Positions 1-21,221 of a DNA stretch of 64,000 bases are shown here, piece after piece. The notes below the pieces were generated by a model. That model was not told the DNA's origin, searched no databases, and was given only the letters and a program-made list of their open reading frames with translations. The first letter of the stretch is position 1. Each line of letters begins with the position of its first letter. Origin of the DNA: Psilocybe cubensis (lineage: Eukaryota). The translations under genes and the position numbers were made by a program. The stretch is from contig CM039008.1 in NCBI GenBank assembly GCA_017499595.2, positions 2,046,001 to 2,110,000 of the forward strand, given 5' to 3'.

Positions 1-1071
<1,071 letters not shown>

Positions 1072-1850
1072 AAATCCAAACAATTGTGTAAATCATTGTA
1101 ATTTCTATAGAGCAAACACACAAGATTTTAAACCTATTCATGTGTTTGGGAGTCGCTTATTGCTGAGATATGCGCATGTAGTTGGTTCATATTTGCCCCA
1201 CAATGTGCGTGGATGCTCGACGCGTCGATTTCTGCAATGACCCCTTTCCTTCGCGAGGAAACCCTTGCGCTCGCGAACGTTATGGGCCCGGATACTAGTG
1301 CCGGAAGATCTGACATCTTTCTTATTTAATGACAGCATGCTTTTCTGAAATTCTACGTGCAAGTTTGGAGCCTGTACTCGGCCTAACGCGTCGATATCGG
1401 GTGTCTCCTGCAAGATGCCTCTCGTATTTTCGTTATTCTATTTCTGATGCAGTTACAACTGTAAACCTCTGCAAAACTACTGTCGTCTATAAATGTGACT
1501 TCACATAGCTGGTTTTCCTACATCATATTTACAGTTCGTTATGAGTGCCATCTCGAATGAAGCCATGGAATGTTTTCAAAATGCCTGTCAAGTGAACATA
1601 TTGTGTTGTAAGCTAAACCTATGTATATCTCCTCAGACGCGTCTAATTAGGCAAGAATAACTAGTTTTTATAGCGATCATCGATCATGTTTGTTGTGAAC
1701 AGGTTGAAGGGCCACCAAAATAAATGCGCCACGCCAACTCTATTACCATAAATGGTAGTTCCATGACTATCAATCCTCCCTGCCACGTGAGATGGTCCGT
1801 GCGTATTTACAGAAAGTATATATTGGAAAGGCGAATAATTCGAATTCTTT

Positions 1851-2040
1851 ACCACTCTGGCCTTTTGGCTTAGATCAAGTGTAGTATCTGTTCTTAATAG
1901 TTTAACCACTATTATGGAGCCACCGGCTCCATTCTTGGTTATCTTATTTTTGCCGCCCCAGCTCCTCGGGCTCTGCTTGCACCCCTTGGACGTGATGACC
2001 TTGCTGCTGCACTACTGGCTTGTGTCGTCGGGGGATCCTC
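1851..2040 (+). ncRNA. U2: U2 spliceosomal snRNA (3' end approximate)
   Basis: GGCCTTTTGGCTTAGATCAAGTGTAGTATCTGTTCTT matches the conserved U2 5' region, including the GTAGTA branch-site pairing sequence. Sm site ATTTTTG near 1946; TATA-like element near 1817. Confidence 0.95.
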
Positions 2041-2667
2041 TTCTTTCGAGGACTTTTCTCTTTGCTGTTATACTTGAATCTCTATTATTTCAATGGGGAT
2101 TTGAATACAGCAAACAGACTAGTTGTCACTTCCTCATTTTCTTGATGATTTTAAATAAAAATGATTGAGTCAGATGTGGTAGGATTGTTGTGTTAATTTC
2201 CACCATTGTGGACTGATTATGGGGTAAGTCTTTTAATGTATGTGTGATGTATGACATTAACTAGCTACCCCTATTGTTGTAATGCTTGCTGCCAGGTTCC
2301 GTGAATCCTCTCAATCCTTGATTCATCCTGCATCAGCTTCCAATCTCGAAATGCTATTTCTCCTGAATGTTCCGGAAACTTCATGCTGCATCGCACGGTT
2401 ACACCCAGACACGTACTCGTTTTCTGAATAATGATTATCATATGACCGTTATTTATAGCCTTTAAGAGTGTAGGTGACGATGGGTGACTCACAAATCAAT
2501 TCCGCACCCGGCATACCAACTTCAGTGGCATTTCCGCCCAGGAATGCCCTGCCATCTCTTTTGAGTCATCTGCAACCTCGTTTCCACCATCTAGTAATCA
2601 TCTCTTTCTCTTTCCTCATTGTACTCCCTCCTTTCCAGTCGGATTTATCGCCCCGGCCACGCTTATC

Positions 2668-4886
2668 ATGGAAAGCGCATATTTAAGCGCCGGGAACATA
2701 TGTCGCGGATGTTTTGAACCCTACAAGCGATTAGAAGACCGTAAATCGCGTTATTCAATCCCATGTGGACATTGTATGTGTATTGGGTATGCTATGAGTT
2801 TCCTATCTTCCCATACAATGTATCTCACGATCAGGGCGCTCGTAGCTGTCTGATTGACTTTGGTCCTCTTTGCCCAATCTGCGGCGCTGCGTATGATACC
2901 GGTATTTTTTCTAGATTATACAACATTGGGATCAATGGCCCACCACAACCGCCCATGTATTCCGATGCAGAGAGGGCTTTTTGGATACAGGAAGCTATAG
3001 CCGAGGTTACTGCCACGACAAGTTTGCATTATTTAAAACACCTCTATAACACCGCAAACGTGTTTCTAGGGCTTGTGCCGGCGTCAGAGGTGCGATCCCG
3101 CCGATCTATGTGAATATTGATGTTCTAATATGTAATCTAGTTTCGTGAGCTGTCCACAAATGCAAATCTGTTGAAGGTGGTCATTGAAACGAAGGACTCT
3201 GCTCATCAAACTCAATACCAGCTGACGACGGATCTTACTAATACGATTGGTAGACTCACGAACCATATCGCTGTTCTTCACAAAAGTTTAGAAGATGTCG
3301 ACGCGAAACAGAAGTTTATTGAGGATAATGTTGCAGTTATGATGCGTCGCGATCCGTGAGTTGCTGATTCACCTGATTATGCTTATTCGGACACTCACGC
3401 GATATTGTTAGAAATGTAGCTGAGTTTCTCGCAGCGTATATGATTCTTGATGCCGACACAAGCTTGCTTGCAGTACCGTTTATTGGAGAGCGAAGTGCTA
3501 ATCTTCCGTCGTGAAATGAATAGCCTGAAGGAGGAGGTCATCCAGCTACGTCGTAAGCGTCAAGAGCTTTTGCACAATTCTCCTTTGCCCGATATACGAG
3601 TCCAGCCCGCCTCCAACCCCGCCACTCCGGAATATGACCGTGAGGTTCCCCATCAAGCTGGAACGAAAGACGCCAGCCATTCTCTACACGCTCCAAGATC
3701 AGATCGCGACGCCTTTCCTATTGACTTTGACGAGCTGGATTCGTCTGTGCCCAAACTTGTTCCCTCCTCTCCCACCGACTCCGACAGTTCCCCACCCAGC
3801 CCAAACTATATCCTTTCCTCTGTCCCTGATCCAACAGACGAAGGCGCTGGTCCTAACCATCAAGGCCAACACATCATCAATAACTCAAACTATCGCGACC
3901 CGGTCTACCGTCCTCGTGCCTTATATCCCGGATCCAGCAATTCGAGCACCGTCCGCTTCCAAATCCCCGAATCTCATGAACAAGCCGATCAGGAATCCCT
4001 TATCACTGCACCCAACTCGCCCGCGATAACTGAGGCAGACTCAATGGCGACCTCGCTGATCGGGCTCTTGCGGACGCCCGTGCACGAGGAGGAGAGGACC
4101 CGATTCGACCTCGCGTCGCGCCTTACCTCGCCGAATCCGAGTACTATAAACGATTGCTCGGCAGATGCGGATGTGCTGTCCTATGAGGCGTTTGTGTCTT
4201 CGTTGGGCAGAAGGATGTCTTCGACGCCGCCTCCTAGTCCGCAGAGTGGTGCGGAGGAAGAGGAGGATACGGGGGATAGGGCGCATGTTACTGGCTCGGA
4301 TGCGTCGACTGTAAGCGCCCGTACGCAGAGTGGCGATGGTGCCGCTTCGGAGGCCGGGAGCGCGCGGTCGTCGAGTGACACGCTATTGAGGGCGCAGGGT
4401 GCTAGGGCGTCTGGCGCCGGCAATGTTCAGACGTCTCACGCGTTGGTTCGGTCGAGGAGTACACCGTCCCTTCGGCACTCATCATCTGCTTCGTCGTCGT
4501 CGTCGGCATTGCCGTCTGTGCCGGACTTTGTGATGCTGCGGAGCCACCGGCGCTTAACGAGAATAGCGACGGTGCTCATGGAGGTGCTTATCCATTGCAT
4601 CACGGGGCCTGCAGGCGATTTGGACTGGCAGAAGATCGAGAGTTCGATACATGAGGGGATACTTGAAGGTGATATGAGGGTTACGAGGAGGGTGTTGGGT
4701 AGTACTGCGCGTGATGGGATGGATGCGAGTCAGAGTCTGCAGGATGCGCTGCCTGGGTCTTTGTTGGCTGTTGATGGTGATGCTCAGCCTGGATCGCCAT
4801 TGGGGTCGGCTCCGGCTTCTGATTCGTCTGCTCGCTCTTTGTCGCCTGATGCTCATGCTCCTGAGAGGCCTTGGACTCCTTCATAG
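2668..4886 (+). CDS. RING (C3HC4-type) finger protein with coiled coil and long S/P-rich disordered tail (paralog 1)
   Basis: CRGC...IPCGHCMCIG | intron 2787-2845 | CLIDFGPLCPIC, then helical exons and the long terminal exon in ORF 3447-4886. Confidence 0.75.
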
Positions 4887-6023
4887 GTTGCTGGTCCTTG
4901 TTTTTTGCGATCTTCAAGATTTATGATATTCCTATAACACATCTACGCCTTCAACAACAAACCTACTATGTCGATGGAATTCCGGAATTGCGCAGGCGCT
5001 TGCTTAAGTTCTCTCATGGACACGCTCGGTAACTTTATTTCACGTATATTTCTCAGCGACTTCATCACGCCACCTCTTCAACAATCTATACCGCTTACGG
5101 CAGCTATCACGATCCCTCACGCTCTTTCCTCTTTTAATTTCTTTGGCTTAACATTTTTGGTTTCCTAGAGTCTCGGGAACTATCTCTGTACACATTACAT
5201 GCATGCTGACGCGGACCTTCTGTTAGATTATCCACATATCCACTGTATAACCCTATATCCACTCTTTTGTAGCACATGTACACACAACACTCCTTTAAAT
5301 TTCCTTTTTTCCTCTCTGTACTATCGCGTTGCACTTTCGTTGTTGTCGTTGTCTTTTTTTTTGCTTTTGATATGCTCTCAAGTTCATTTACTTCCACGCT
5401 CCTTTTTGTATAAGCATCAGTACATCCTATTCCTTACATTTACTGCGCGTTTCCTTTTGTATCTGTGGCACATTATACTGAACTTGATCTTCTTTGAATT
5501 GTTTTAATTTCGTTGGGACTGCTTGTGATTTTATCACCTTTTATTTCTCGCACTATTTCATTCATTTCCACCTACTGTCAATTTTTTCCGCCTGCTGCCA
5601 ACGTTGTGTTACATCTTTTCTATCCATCCGTCTCGCCCAAATCATCCTTGCAGTTCGCCATCTTATCGGCCTCGGAAGTAGTAGATGGCCATAATTGGCG
5701 CCGTCGGCCCGGAACTTCAATGGACCGAATTTTTTTCTGCGGCACCACGCTATCTTTTTTTCAACAACCATGAGCTCGACGTTAACCGGAACATCGGGCA
5801 AGGCCTCCAGGAACGTGCGCATGTCAAAAACGGTCTAATCCCAATTAAAACCACGCTGCCACTGCCAGCACATACATAATCGATTGCGCACGGAATAAAT
5901 ACCCACACTACAAAAACATAGAGCATCGCAGCGACGTTGAAGATCTTTTACGAACTACCCACACATCTACAAGGATATAGAACCATCGAATAGACATAAC
6001 AACTAGATATCTAGAAGGGCGGA

Positions 6024-7331
6024 ATGGCGGCTTCGTTATATGACATCCTACCCACATCGTACGGCGGACGAAGTGCTTTTGCGCGGCAGGACATACCAAA
6101 GGGGACGTCGGTGTTGTCGTGCTCGGGCCCCTATGCGAGTGTGATCTTCTGGAAGTTTAGGCGGGAGGTGTGCGCGATGTGTTTTGCGTATGCGTTCGAG
6201 AGCGGGAAGAGCAAATGGAGCATCAAGCTTGGCGAGGACAGTAAAGGTGCGGGCGGGGTGTGGTTCTGCTCAGAAAAATGTCGCGATGCGTGTCTGCGCG
6301 AGTACGAGCTTTTCGAGGGCCAGGGCATCGGGTGGTGGACCCAAATCAACGCCGCATTTGAGCGGCTCGTCAACCAGATGGCGAAGCCCAGTAAACCGAA
6401 AACCAGCACCAAGATCGCACCTGCTGCCCGCCTAGCGTTTCTGGAGGATATCTCGGCGGCGGATGTGACGCAGGAGTTTGTCGATAAGGCGTGGATGCTC
6501 GCGGAGGATGTGTCATTGGAGGAGAGCAAACTTGGCTGGGTGGAGGTGTTGACCGAATTCGAGATGGACACGGCGCGGTTCGTTCTTGACGGGATCGTCA
6601 GAAAGGTTGCGGAGGACGTTAACCCTGCATTCCCTGCATTGGACCGCGTATCCTCAGGGCGTGATGGCTACTGTTTAGGTGCTGGTCGGTGGGTGGATAT
6701 GCTGGAACTGCAAGATAACGAGCTGTCACTCGTCATCTCAAAACCCTACATTCTGACCTCACGGATACGCATATACCGATTTCTGAGGCATTTAGCGACA
6801 TCTCTTTCATCACAGCGCAAATCTACTAGCGGTTCCTCGACACCTCGGGGAGGAGCTAACTCCACACCGCCCTTACTACCTTTCGCTTCGATTACAGATA
6901 AACTTCGAGACTGTTTATCGACGTCCGCAGAGGCGCGTGCAATAATGGCGCGCGATCATGGAAATGTATTCGGCATCTGGGACATGACTACAGAGGACGA
7001 GGGGAGCGAAATGCTAGGTTGGGGTGCCTATGTTTTTGGGTCATATTTCAATCATGGTGAATCATTTTTAGATTTTGGTGTGTCACGTATCGTTAATCGT
7101 CTTTTTTCAACAGATTGTGCACCTAATCTGAAGAAGTTCAGAAATGGACGAGCTATCCAGTTCTATTCACTCAGGGACATTCGTGCCGGAGAGGAGCTGT
7201 GCATCAGTTACGTCGATGAGACGAACCCTTCCGTCCTCGAGAGAGCTCGAATGTTGGGTGCAGATTGGTTCTTCGATTGCCGTTGTGCAAGATGTGTTCA
7301 GGAACTGGAAGCACTTGCGATTGCCGGTTGA
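6024..7331 (+). CDS. SET-domain lysine methyltransferase with MYND-like Cys insert (SMYD/Set6-like)
   Basis: GGRSAFARQDIPKG, CAMC...FCSEKC, SYFNH | intron ~7057-7113 | DCAPN, DIRAGEELCISY, post-SET FDCRCARC. Confidence 0.9.
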   Translation: MAASLYDILPTSYGGRSAFARQDIPKGTSVLSCSGPYASVIFWKFRREVCAMCFAYAFESGKSKWSIKLGEDSKGAGGVWFCSEKCRDACLREYELFEGQGIGWWTQINAAFERLVNQMAKPSKPKTSTKIAPAARLAFLEDISAADVTQEFVDKAWMLAEDVSLEESKLGWVEVLTEFEMDTARFVLDGIVRKVAEDVNPAFPALDRVSSGRDGYCLGAGRWVDMLELQDNELSLVISKPYILTSRIRIYRFLRHLATSLSSQRKSTSGSSTPRGGANSTPPLLPFASITDKLRDCLSTSAEARAIMARDHGNVFGIWDMTTEDEGSEMLGWGAYVFGSYFNHGESFLDFGVSRIVNRLFSTDCAPNLKKFRNGRAIQFYSLRDIRAGEELCISYVDETNPSVLERARMLGADWFFDCRCARCVQELEALAIAG

Positions 7332-8489
7332 TTGGTAGGTAAATTTGATACCGCGCTCTCTGTTCCTCAAAGTTTTCAGTGGTTATGTTGGGTGGAATTT
7401 AAAAGCTTCTTTGGGTTGATGGAACCCTTCGAACTTGCCAGCTCGATCATCATGTACTTCCATGAACCAGGTATGCGCATTCAACATCTTTGCACACCGT
7501 TAGTGCTGGACTTATCGTAATTTCACTGATCGTGTGCGTTTTGACGTGTATATGGCTGCGGATACCTTTAATCCGAGGTTTCTCACTGGAGTGAGCATGA
7601 AATGAACTCGCCACAATCTTTAGCGACGGAATGTTGTCCCATTTCTCAAGGCATTATTCCCTGTGTGCATGCGTCCTACGAGATCTTGGACACGCATGAT
7701 TTTACAGGCCGTCTGTATCTGCGATTGAGGAACTTTTATGATCTTCAAGCATTCTTTGAGCAAGTTTAAATTAACATCTATATGTATATGCTGACCTGTA
7801 GATCCTATAGAGATCTACGTTGACTCCATACCCTTATAGGTTATAGGAGTAAACATAAAATATACCCATGTGTTTGAATACCAATGTCGATGGCTGTGAG
7901 GTATGTGTTGTAGTGCTGCTCGTCTAATTGATTCACCTTTTTGTAGTAGGGCAGTATTCGCCGCCTGACAGATGTTTGAGCGCCCTAACTTAAACGTTTA
8001 AACCATCTAGCATTCCCAAATAACTTGGCGTGTCTTCAGTGTGTAAATAGATATCCAGCACATGCAACCATGTCATTCCTCGAGAATTTCAATACGTGGA
8101 ACACTGGCACGTATGTAGATCCTACCTTCACGGACAATTACAACGCGGAAGCGACTTCACAGCGACTCTGCGACGAATTGCATTCCACGATAGTAATCAA
8201 GTCGAGTCAGTGAAAGCCAAGTTATTTTTAATTATCTATGCCGTCCCTATGCCGACAGTCTATGCATGCGCAAGCCGGTCACCGAATTTCGAAAACAGCA
8301 TAATCCGAGTCGGATGTGGGAACAAATCAAATTATTTCTGGCTGCTCTCCTCTTGACCTCCACGTTCTTTGCTGTGCTAACTAAGTTATAAAATCAATTG
8401 GCTTTCACTCCGTCTTATTGCCTTTCAGTTTATTTTTTTTCGGCCACTTCCTCTGCGCTAGCCGACGCACTCTCGGCAACGTTTCGTGT

Positions 8490-14573
<6,084 letters not shown>

Positions 14574-17500
14574 TTTTAATGTACAAGAATAGGACACACG
14601 AACACACTGGATTTAATATCAATCCATCACTCCTCACGACATACTGACATTTTCGAGAATTAACTCACGCTATACATACTCGCGAGTACATTCTCTCCCT
14701 TTTATTGCCATGCAACGAGCTAGCAGTTCTCATTGCAGTCACTCACCACTCATACCCCCTTTCACGTCGGAATATATACTATGTCCTATCAGTAGATAGA
14801 CGCTCGTATACCTCACCTCAATATCACACGTTCTTCAACTTATCTTTGGAAAGATAAGACATGGATAGCAAAGATACAGAATTTGCCCATGACTCACAGT
14901 CGGATATTCGATCTTCTGTGGAAGTTGATGAACATGAGGCTGTTTTCGAATTTTGCCTTCTTATTGACATCATCAAGTCAATCGTGGGATCAAGCTAAGT
15001 ATGTAGGCTAGCGCAAGCTGCAATTGAAGTCTTCAACACTTCCGCCATCTATTAAGCAGTTATCATGTCAGTGAACTTAGTTCCAACTTGAAGTTAGTTC
15101 GATAAAATAGCTGACAGCGGGAAACTCCACGTTCATTCATTTCCAAGTGTTATTACCCCAGACACGTTTCGTGGAGTAGACCAACAGCCAAGGGCGGGAT
15201 CTGTAAGCCCCAGAAATTCCGATGGCAATCCGAAGGAAGATGTGGCCAGAATGAGTCAAAACCCACTGATCATTGCAGAACCAGAGTTATGTGTAAAGGT
15301 ATGTGGATTACTCTCCAATGACCCAAAACAATCGCATCATTTCGGCCGTGTCGTCACGTCCAACTCACAAATTCCAATTTTGCACAAAAGCCTGAGAGAC
15401 AGATGGCATAGTGTGAGATACCACCTCCCTAGACTGGGCGCTGCCTATTATACGCATAAACATGTGTAGCGAATGAATCACAATCCCCTCCCCGACAAGA
15501 ATAGCGGGTGCCTCGCAGCGTTAAACGACAACAGGGCCAAATGTGCGGGTCTGCCATCACTGGATCAACTCTGATCGAGCTAGACGAGAGCGGGGAAAGA
15601 AGCGCCCGTTCCGTTGTGTGCCAAGATAAGATTTGACAGACAATGTGTTTGCCGCGTGCCCTGTCGTATCTGCCTATCTCCCCTCCCCAGTGTTATGGCG
15701 TTTTTACTCTGTATTGGAGGTGAAGAGAGAATAGAATAGAATACAATTGGATTTAGGGGTGTCGCAAGAGTATCACGTCCATTGCCTCATGGGTTCTGAG
15801 CCTAGATCACTTATTTGGCTCGGTTTCTTGTCTGGCATAGTCTGCACGAAACTGGCCGTTTAGAATGAGATGAGCTGCCAGTGCCAACCTTGAACTACAC
15901 AAACAGATGAATAGAATAGAATGGTGGTATTAGTTCCGGCGTTAATGCTCGACAGCACAGGAACATGATGAAAAGCTTGCACAATACAGCACGAAAAAAT
16001 GCTTGTTAGCATTCATTCAACTGTCATCGCAATATATTCCAACGTCCCTCGATGCCTGCGGAGGGGAAGATGTATCATTAGTTTGGGTTTGAGCTACAGT
16101 CAATTACATTACAGACCTGACTGCGGCGGATAGCACAAAAACACCGTCCACTGATCAGGCCACGGAAAACGGGGAGCAGACGGGAACGGGAAAGATCCAG
16201 AGAGTGTGTGTTGTGGAGCCCCGGAGGGGGAAGACGTAACATTTCTACGTGTCGACGCGCCGTGCTGCGTTGTTGCACTGAAAGAAAGTCTCTATTCAGC
16301 AATGTATAGCCAAAAACGCAAATTTGCTGCCCTACATGCATCTACAGTCACCCACAGGTCGATCACACGAATGGCCACACGAGTGATACGCGAGACCTTC
16401 TGTGAAGCTTGAGAACAGTGGTGGGTCGCCGCATTGCAATCCTGTTTGCCGTTCACAAAAACCAGGGTCCTTTGGCTAGTAATAGTACAGCTGTAACATT
16501 TAGCATTACCGTCGTGAACATGGTTGAGGTTAGATTAAAATGAAAAAGAGAAGCAGTCGTTTCGATGATGTACGACATATTCAGGAATCTGTTTCTGTAT
16601 CGTTTATCGACGTTCGCGGAAAGGCGCGGCTTGAAGACTGCGGCGCAAGCTAGGTTTCGAAGTGAATTTCACGGATCCAAGCCGTGAAGCCAGCAAGCAG
16701 GCAAAGGTAAGAATCACTCTTGCCGTTATCCGCCGCTGGATCCCAACTAAACAACAGCACGCACCCCAGTATCGCGTCCCAAAATGCTTTGTGAGAAGAA
16801 AGGAGCCGAATTCAAGAGGGGAGGAGGAGGGAAAGAAGTCTGGTTTTGCAACGTGGTGTCCGTGCGGCAACTTGGCCTTTGGGTTATTCTGAGTCGGCCA
16901 CGGATAACTCTGGGGACGGACGGGATCAAAACCACCGAAAGCGAGGAACATAGAAATGAATTCCCGACTGTAAATTTACCAGATGGGATTATGCAAGGCG
17001 CCGGAAAGAGACTGAACAGACGGCTGTTAGACGGCAGGACAGGAGACAAAGATGAGCTGGTTTGAATTCTTTACATGTCACGTCCTAGAGTGTAGGTCCA
17101 TGAGATAAAGGGTTCATAGCGGTTTACACCCCTTGATACTAATGAACTGATGGGACAAGGTCCTAATGCATCCCAAAAGAATACATAACCTTCAAGGTGA
17201 GGAGCTACTGAATCCAACTTTCGAGATCAGAAAATGGAACGACCAAAGAATGGAGTAAAAGCAATGGAGAACACGGGAAACGCGGGAGAAACAACAATTT
17301 TTGGTCTTCTTCTTCGTTCTTTCGCTGGAGTCGATGGTCGATCCTAAACATGCCGAATGAATGAAGGAATCGCGACAAGAAAAATGCAATCATGGTATAG
17401 ATAGTATAATGAGAATGCGCTCGTCAGAGCGATACTTTTGGTACAAACGCAAAGAAGGAAACAGTGAATCCAAATACCAATGAATAACGCTATGGCATCA

Positions 17501-17642
17501 CTTTGCCGCCCTTCGCGATAATTTAAAGCTCCCAGATCGTATCACCGACACCCATTTGATACACGCGTCTCCAACTCGATCAATCTTCTCATTATGGCCG
17601 CCACAGAGTTTGGAAGGAGATGTAGGCCTGTAGGTTGCACAC

Positions 17643-18110
17643 CTATTTGGTCAACGCGCGGATGACCTTGGCCGAGATGTGGAGGAAGAAAATAGAGCCA
17701 ATGAACGAGAGAGAGAGGACGAGTACAATGAAAGGGTCTCTATAAAAGAAGAAAAGTTTCGATAAGATATTTGAGTCTGAAACATGGGAAGTAAAAAAGA
17801 CACGTACACTCGAAGTCCTGGAGAGTCGTCCGTATAGAGTTTGAGCATGGTGTTCGATGATCCACCAGCACCAGCAGCGCGAGTAGAGTTTGGCCGCGAC
17901 ACTTGCGCGGATCCCGCCGCACGTCGTCTGTTAGAGTGACCTCGTCGTTCAGTTCCTGTCTCTCCTTTCAGATTCTATATTTCCACACACCGAATTTGAG
18001 CGCCTGGGGGTTTGGCAACGGCGGAACCACGGGGTGAGGCGTCAGAGTCGGACTGTCATATAGAGCAGCGTCAGTTCCATGAAAACATACAGTGAAGATG
18101 GACAGACCAT
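17643..18110 (-). CDS. SBH1: Sec61 translocon beta subunit
   Basis: Spliced product MSDSDASPRGSAVAKPPGAQIRRRAAGSAQVSRPNSTRAAGAGGSSNTMLKLYTDDSPGLRVDPFIVLVLSLSFIGSIFFLHISAKVIRALTK; the first coding exon is the ATG alone. Confidence 0.95.
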
Positions 18111-19165
18111 GGCGATGTAAATGAGAGTGTGAGTGTAAGGAGTGTGCTGGCAAATTCGGAAAGTGCAACGTAGGTGTTTGTGATCGTGGGAGAATTTGGG
18201 GTATAACGTGACCGACGCGTCGGGAACAGAATAATTAGCACCCCCTAATCTTTACCCTTCTTGGCTCCATTTTGCAACGCAACAGTTAATGCTAAGAAGA
18301 TTGCTCAAAATGCGGCATAAATTTTTCTAGAATATAACTTATCTATCCAAAAGCGATGGTAGCAACTTCAATATTACCAAAGCCTTTCGCTACTTCAATA
18401 AGTGTGTGTGGGCCCTTGGAGTATTTACACCGATGCCGCTGAACCACTATTAACTTGTCTTAATCGAAAGGCACAGTCAAAGCTCTTTCATGTGCTCTCA
18501 ACACAGTAGTGGTACAGAAATACTGATATTAAAGCGACATATATAATCACCATTGGCGTGGTAAGGTTCCTATGCTACGCTCCTTCAAGCACGAAGCTAC
18601 TAGAGGTCAAATTTATTTTCTGAACACGAAGTAGCTAATATGAACTTGACTTGAAAGATATGTTGTCTCGCAGGGTGCATGTAGATTCACAGTCTACCTA
18701 CCGCAGCCTATTGTTCTCTATAGAAGACATAGCCCTGTGGCTTTACGCACAGAGAGCACTTCATTTGTATCATTAAACGACCAAACTCCAGTGACAATTA
18801 ATTAAGAAACTCCAGATGCCGCCTTTGTATACAGCCTCTTGTTATCACCTACTATCCCATTCTCCAAGGGCTTATCAAAGGGGAGACCGGCCAAGATCTC
18901 TAGGAGACAGTATCGTGTGATGCTATCACGAAATCTCTCTCATTGTAGTGCCAAAGATTCTTGGAACTAGATGAGCTCCTAGCATGCAGGAAAGTGCTAC
19001 GGTGTTAACTTGGCGCCATCCAAATCACGACCGCAGTTCCTCGCCACCTGTCTGTGCCTTCAAATGTCCATCGTGATAAGTTGACACGAGGATCGCACAT
19101 TCCGAAATAGGTTAATTGAACAAGGAGTGTGGCTATAGCTCTGGCACTAACGGTCAGCATAGCTA

Positions 19166-19757
19166 AGATTGGGCTCATCAGGAACCAGCACCCCCTTAGG
19201 TAAGCAAAAGTTGGCTTACCTCCGAACCTTTTCAACCCTTCTGCACTCACACTATTCTACATTTTTGAACCACAGATATGTAGGTTATGCTTCTTTGAAC
19301 ACATCTGTGGTTTTTTTTTTCAAAAAAATTTTGATCTCAAGAAGTTATAAAGATTTTAATTTTTTTCCTTTTTTTTTAGTCTAACACGTCAGAAATGGTG
19401 TTTTCTCGAGTTTGGGAGATTTTCGAAAATTTGACAATGTTCTTTTGGCCGCTTATATAATGGTACACGTGACCACACGTGACAATAAGTCACGCCTAAG
19501 TAATACCTCTCAGACTCATTATGGACTTCCAGAGACTACAATTTGACCTCTGAGGTGTAATTCTATTATTGTGGGCATAAAGGCTAGTAGTAAGGATTGT
19601 ATATGCACATTTATGAATTTTTTTTTTTTAAACTTTTTGTCTGAAACCATTTTCCGTCAACATAACTTTTGATTTTTTTTTCGAGCTGGATTTTGGCCGC
19701 TCTTGGCGCCAAGCCCATTGATTACGTAAGGGTGCTGGTTTCTGATGAGCCCAATCT
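19166..19757. mobile_element. MITE / non-autonomous DNA transposon with TA target-site duplication
   Basis: TA|AGATTGGGCTCATCAGGAACCAGCACCC on the left; GGGTGCTGGTTTCTGATGAGCCCAATCT|TA on the right (28-bp TIR, one mismatch). Interior is AT-rich and non-coding. Confidence 0.8.
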
Positions 19758-21221
19758 TACAGATAATTCTTCTTCGAGGTTGCAGAATAGTTTGGCGAGG
19801 TTCATAAGAATGTACCTTTGTGAGGCTATTTCCCATTGTAGTTTACTCAGATGATGTATCTTGTAATTAGGCGTTCAGGTTTTAAAATATACTTCATCAG
19901 AAGCTCGGCTGGGGAAACCTGACTGAATGAGTTCGATTCTGGGCTCACACCCATCACATTCTAGTCCGGCTCGAACTTCTCGGGCAGAGCACTGCCTATG
20001 TAGCTCGCGATGGGTAGCCATCTTGTTGTTGAGATAGAAAGAGGGAGCTCACTAAATCCCCGGAGCTCATTGAATCTTTAGGCAGAAATAAGTCTGACCA
20101 TCTCCCCGAGAGAGATGGGTCAATCCAACTTTCAGATCGGTCGGAGCAGCGCGACTCGGTCCAAATCGACATCCACGTGACTTTTCATTTTCTTCGGTCT
20201 CGCGATGTTGTTCCCTTGTCCAAGTTGTCCTGCATTTCCCTTGTCGTTCCATCGTTCTTAACCGGACTTCTCTTCTCCCCTTATCGCTACCTTACTGAAG
20301 CCGATGGCTACAGAACTGATCCAAAGTGTTCAACAACAGGATCAGTTGGTTGGGTCCTCTGACGCTCGGAGGCTGGAGTAACGATGGATCGATGTCCAAA
20401 CCTGAAGGTTGCCTCAGGAACAATGAAAGCAAGAGGAAAAAATTCACTAAATTCTTGTCTTCACGACTGCACAGTCCTGACGTTCAAGTCCTTCATCTCA
20501 TTCCAATTTGACTTTCGAATTGAACACGAGGCCAAACCGTTCCGAATTCCCGATTTCTTTAGACCGTCACGAGGTCCATATGTTTTCCTTATGTGGTCCT
20601 TTTAGCCTCTTCAAATTCCCTCCAGTCGACAGGACGGGCGAATCGGTGTGTACACAACGACACGGAGTGAAGCGGTTCGATCCAGTTCGGATCGTCTTCT
20701 CAAGGGAGAGATCACTCTTTACGGGGGCCTGTCTAACCTTATCTCGGTCAAGTTCCATGACATACACACGTTATAGCTGCACACACAACGGCCACACGCA
20801 CTCCAAAGCGGGCGGCTTGGCTGATGATTTTCGGTTTTCCCAACCGGGTTGAATTAAATGTCCTGGTAATTACAGTTTCTGTGATGCAGAAGGCTATCCC
20901 TTCCGGCCGGGCACACAGGCTTAATTTGGACGAAGAGTTGACCTGCCCTGCTCTCCGAGTAAGTACTACCCGTTCGCTTACCGTGGGGTGTGCCTCGTGT
21001 CTATCCGTTACTTATATCTTCTAAGCCCTTGATGTTTTGCCCGAATGTTTGGACAATCGTCCTCCCTCTAATCTCGCACGCGTAGCACTCCGCCACCCGT
21101 TTGCCGCCCCATCCACCAGCGCTACGCTTTCTAGCTAGGGCTATACACATCTTCTCTACCTCTACTATATACTCTACTTCTCGTAAATCGTCTCCTCTTT
21201 CAATATCGTTGATCGACTACA

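Noticed and set aside
1661-2168. ORFs 1661-1909 (-) and 1914-2168 (+)
   Set aside because: They overlap the U2 snRNA and are translation artefacts.
14600-17600. Short ORFs and small hairpins between the ABC gene and SBH1 (possible snoRNA/lncRNA)
   Set aside because: No recognisable protein motif and no convincing C/D or H/ACA box pairing by eye.
19925-19955. GTTCGATTC resembling a tRNA T-loop/B-box
   Set aside because: No acceptor stem, D-arm or cloverleaf could be built around it.
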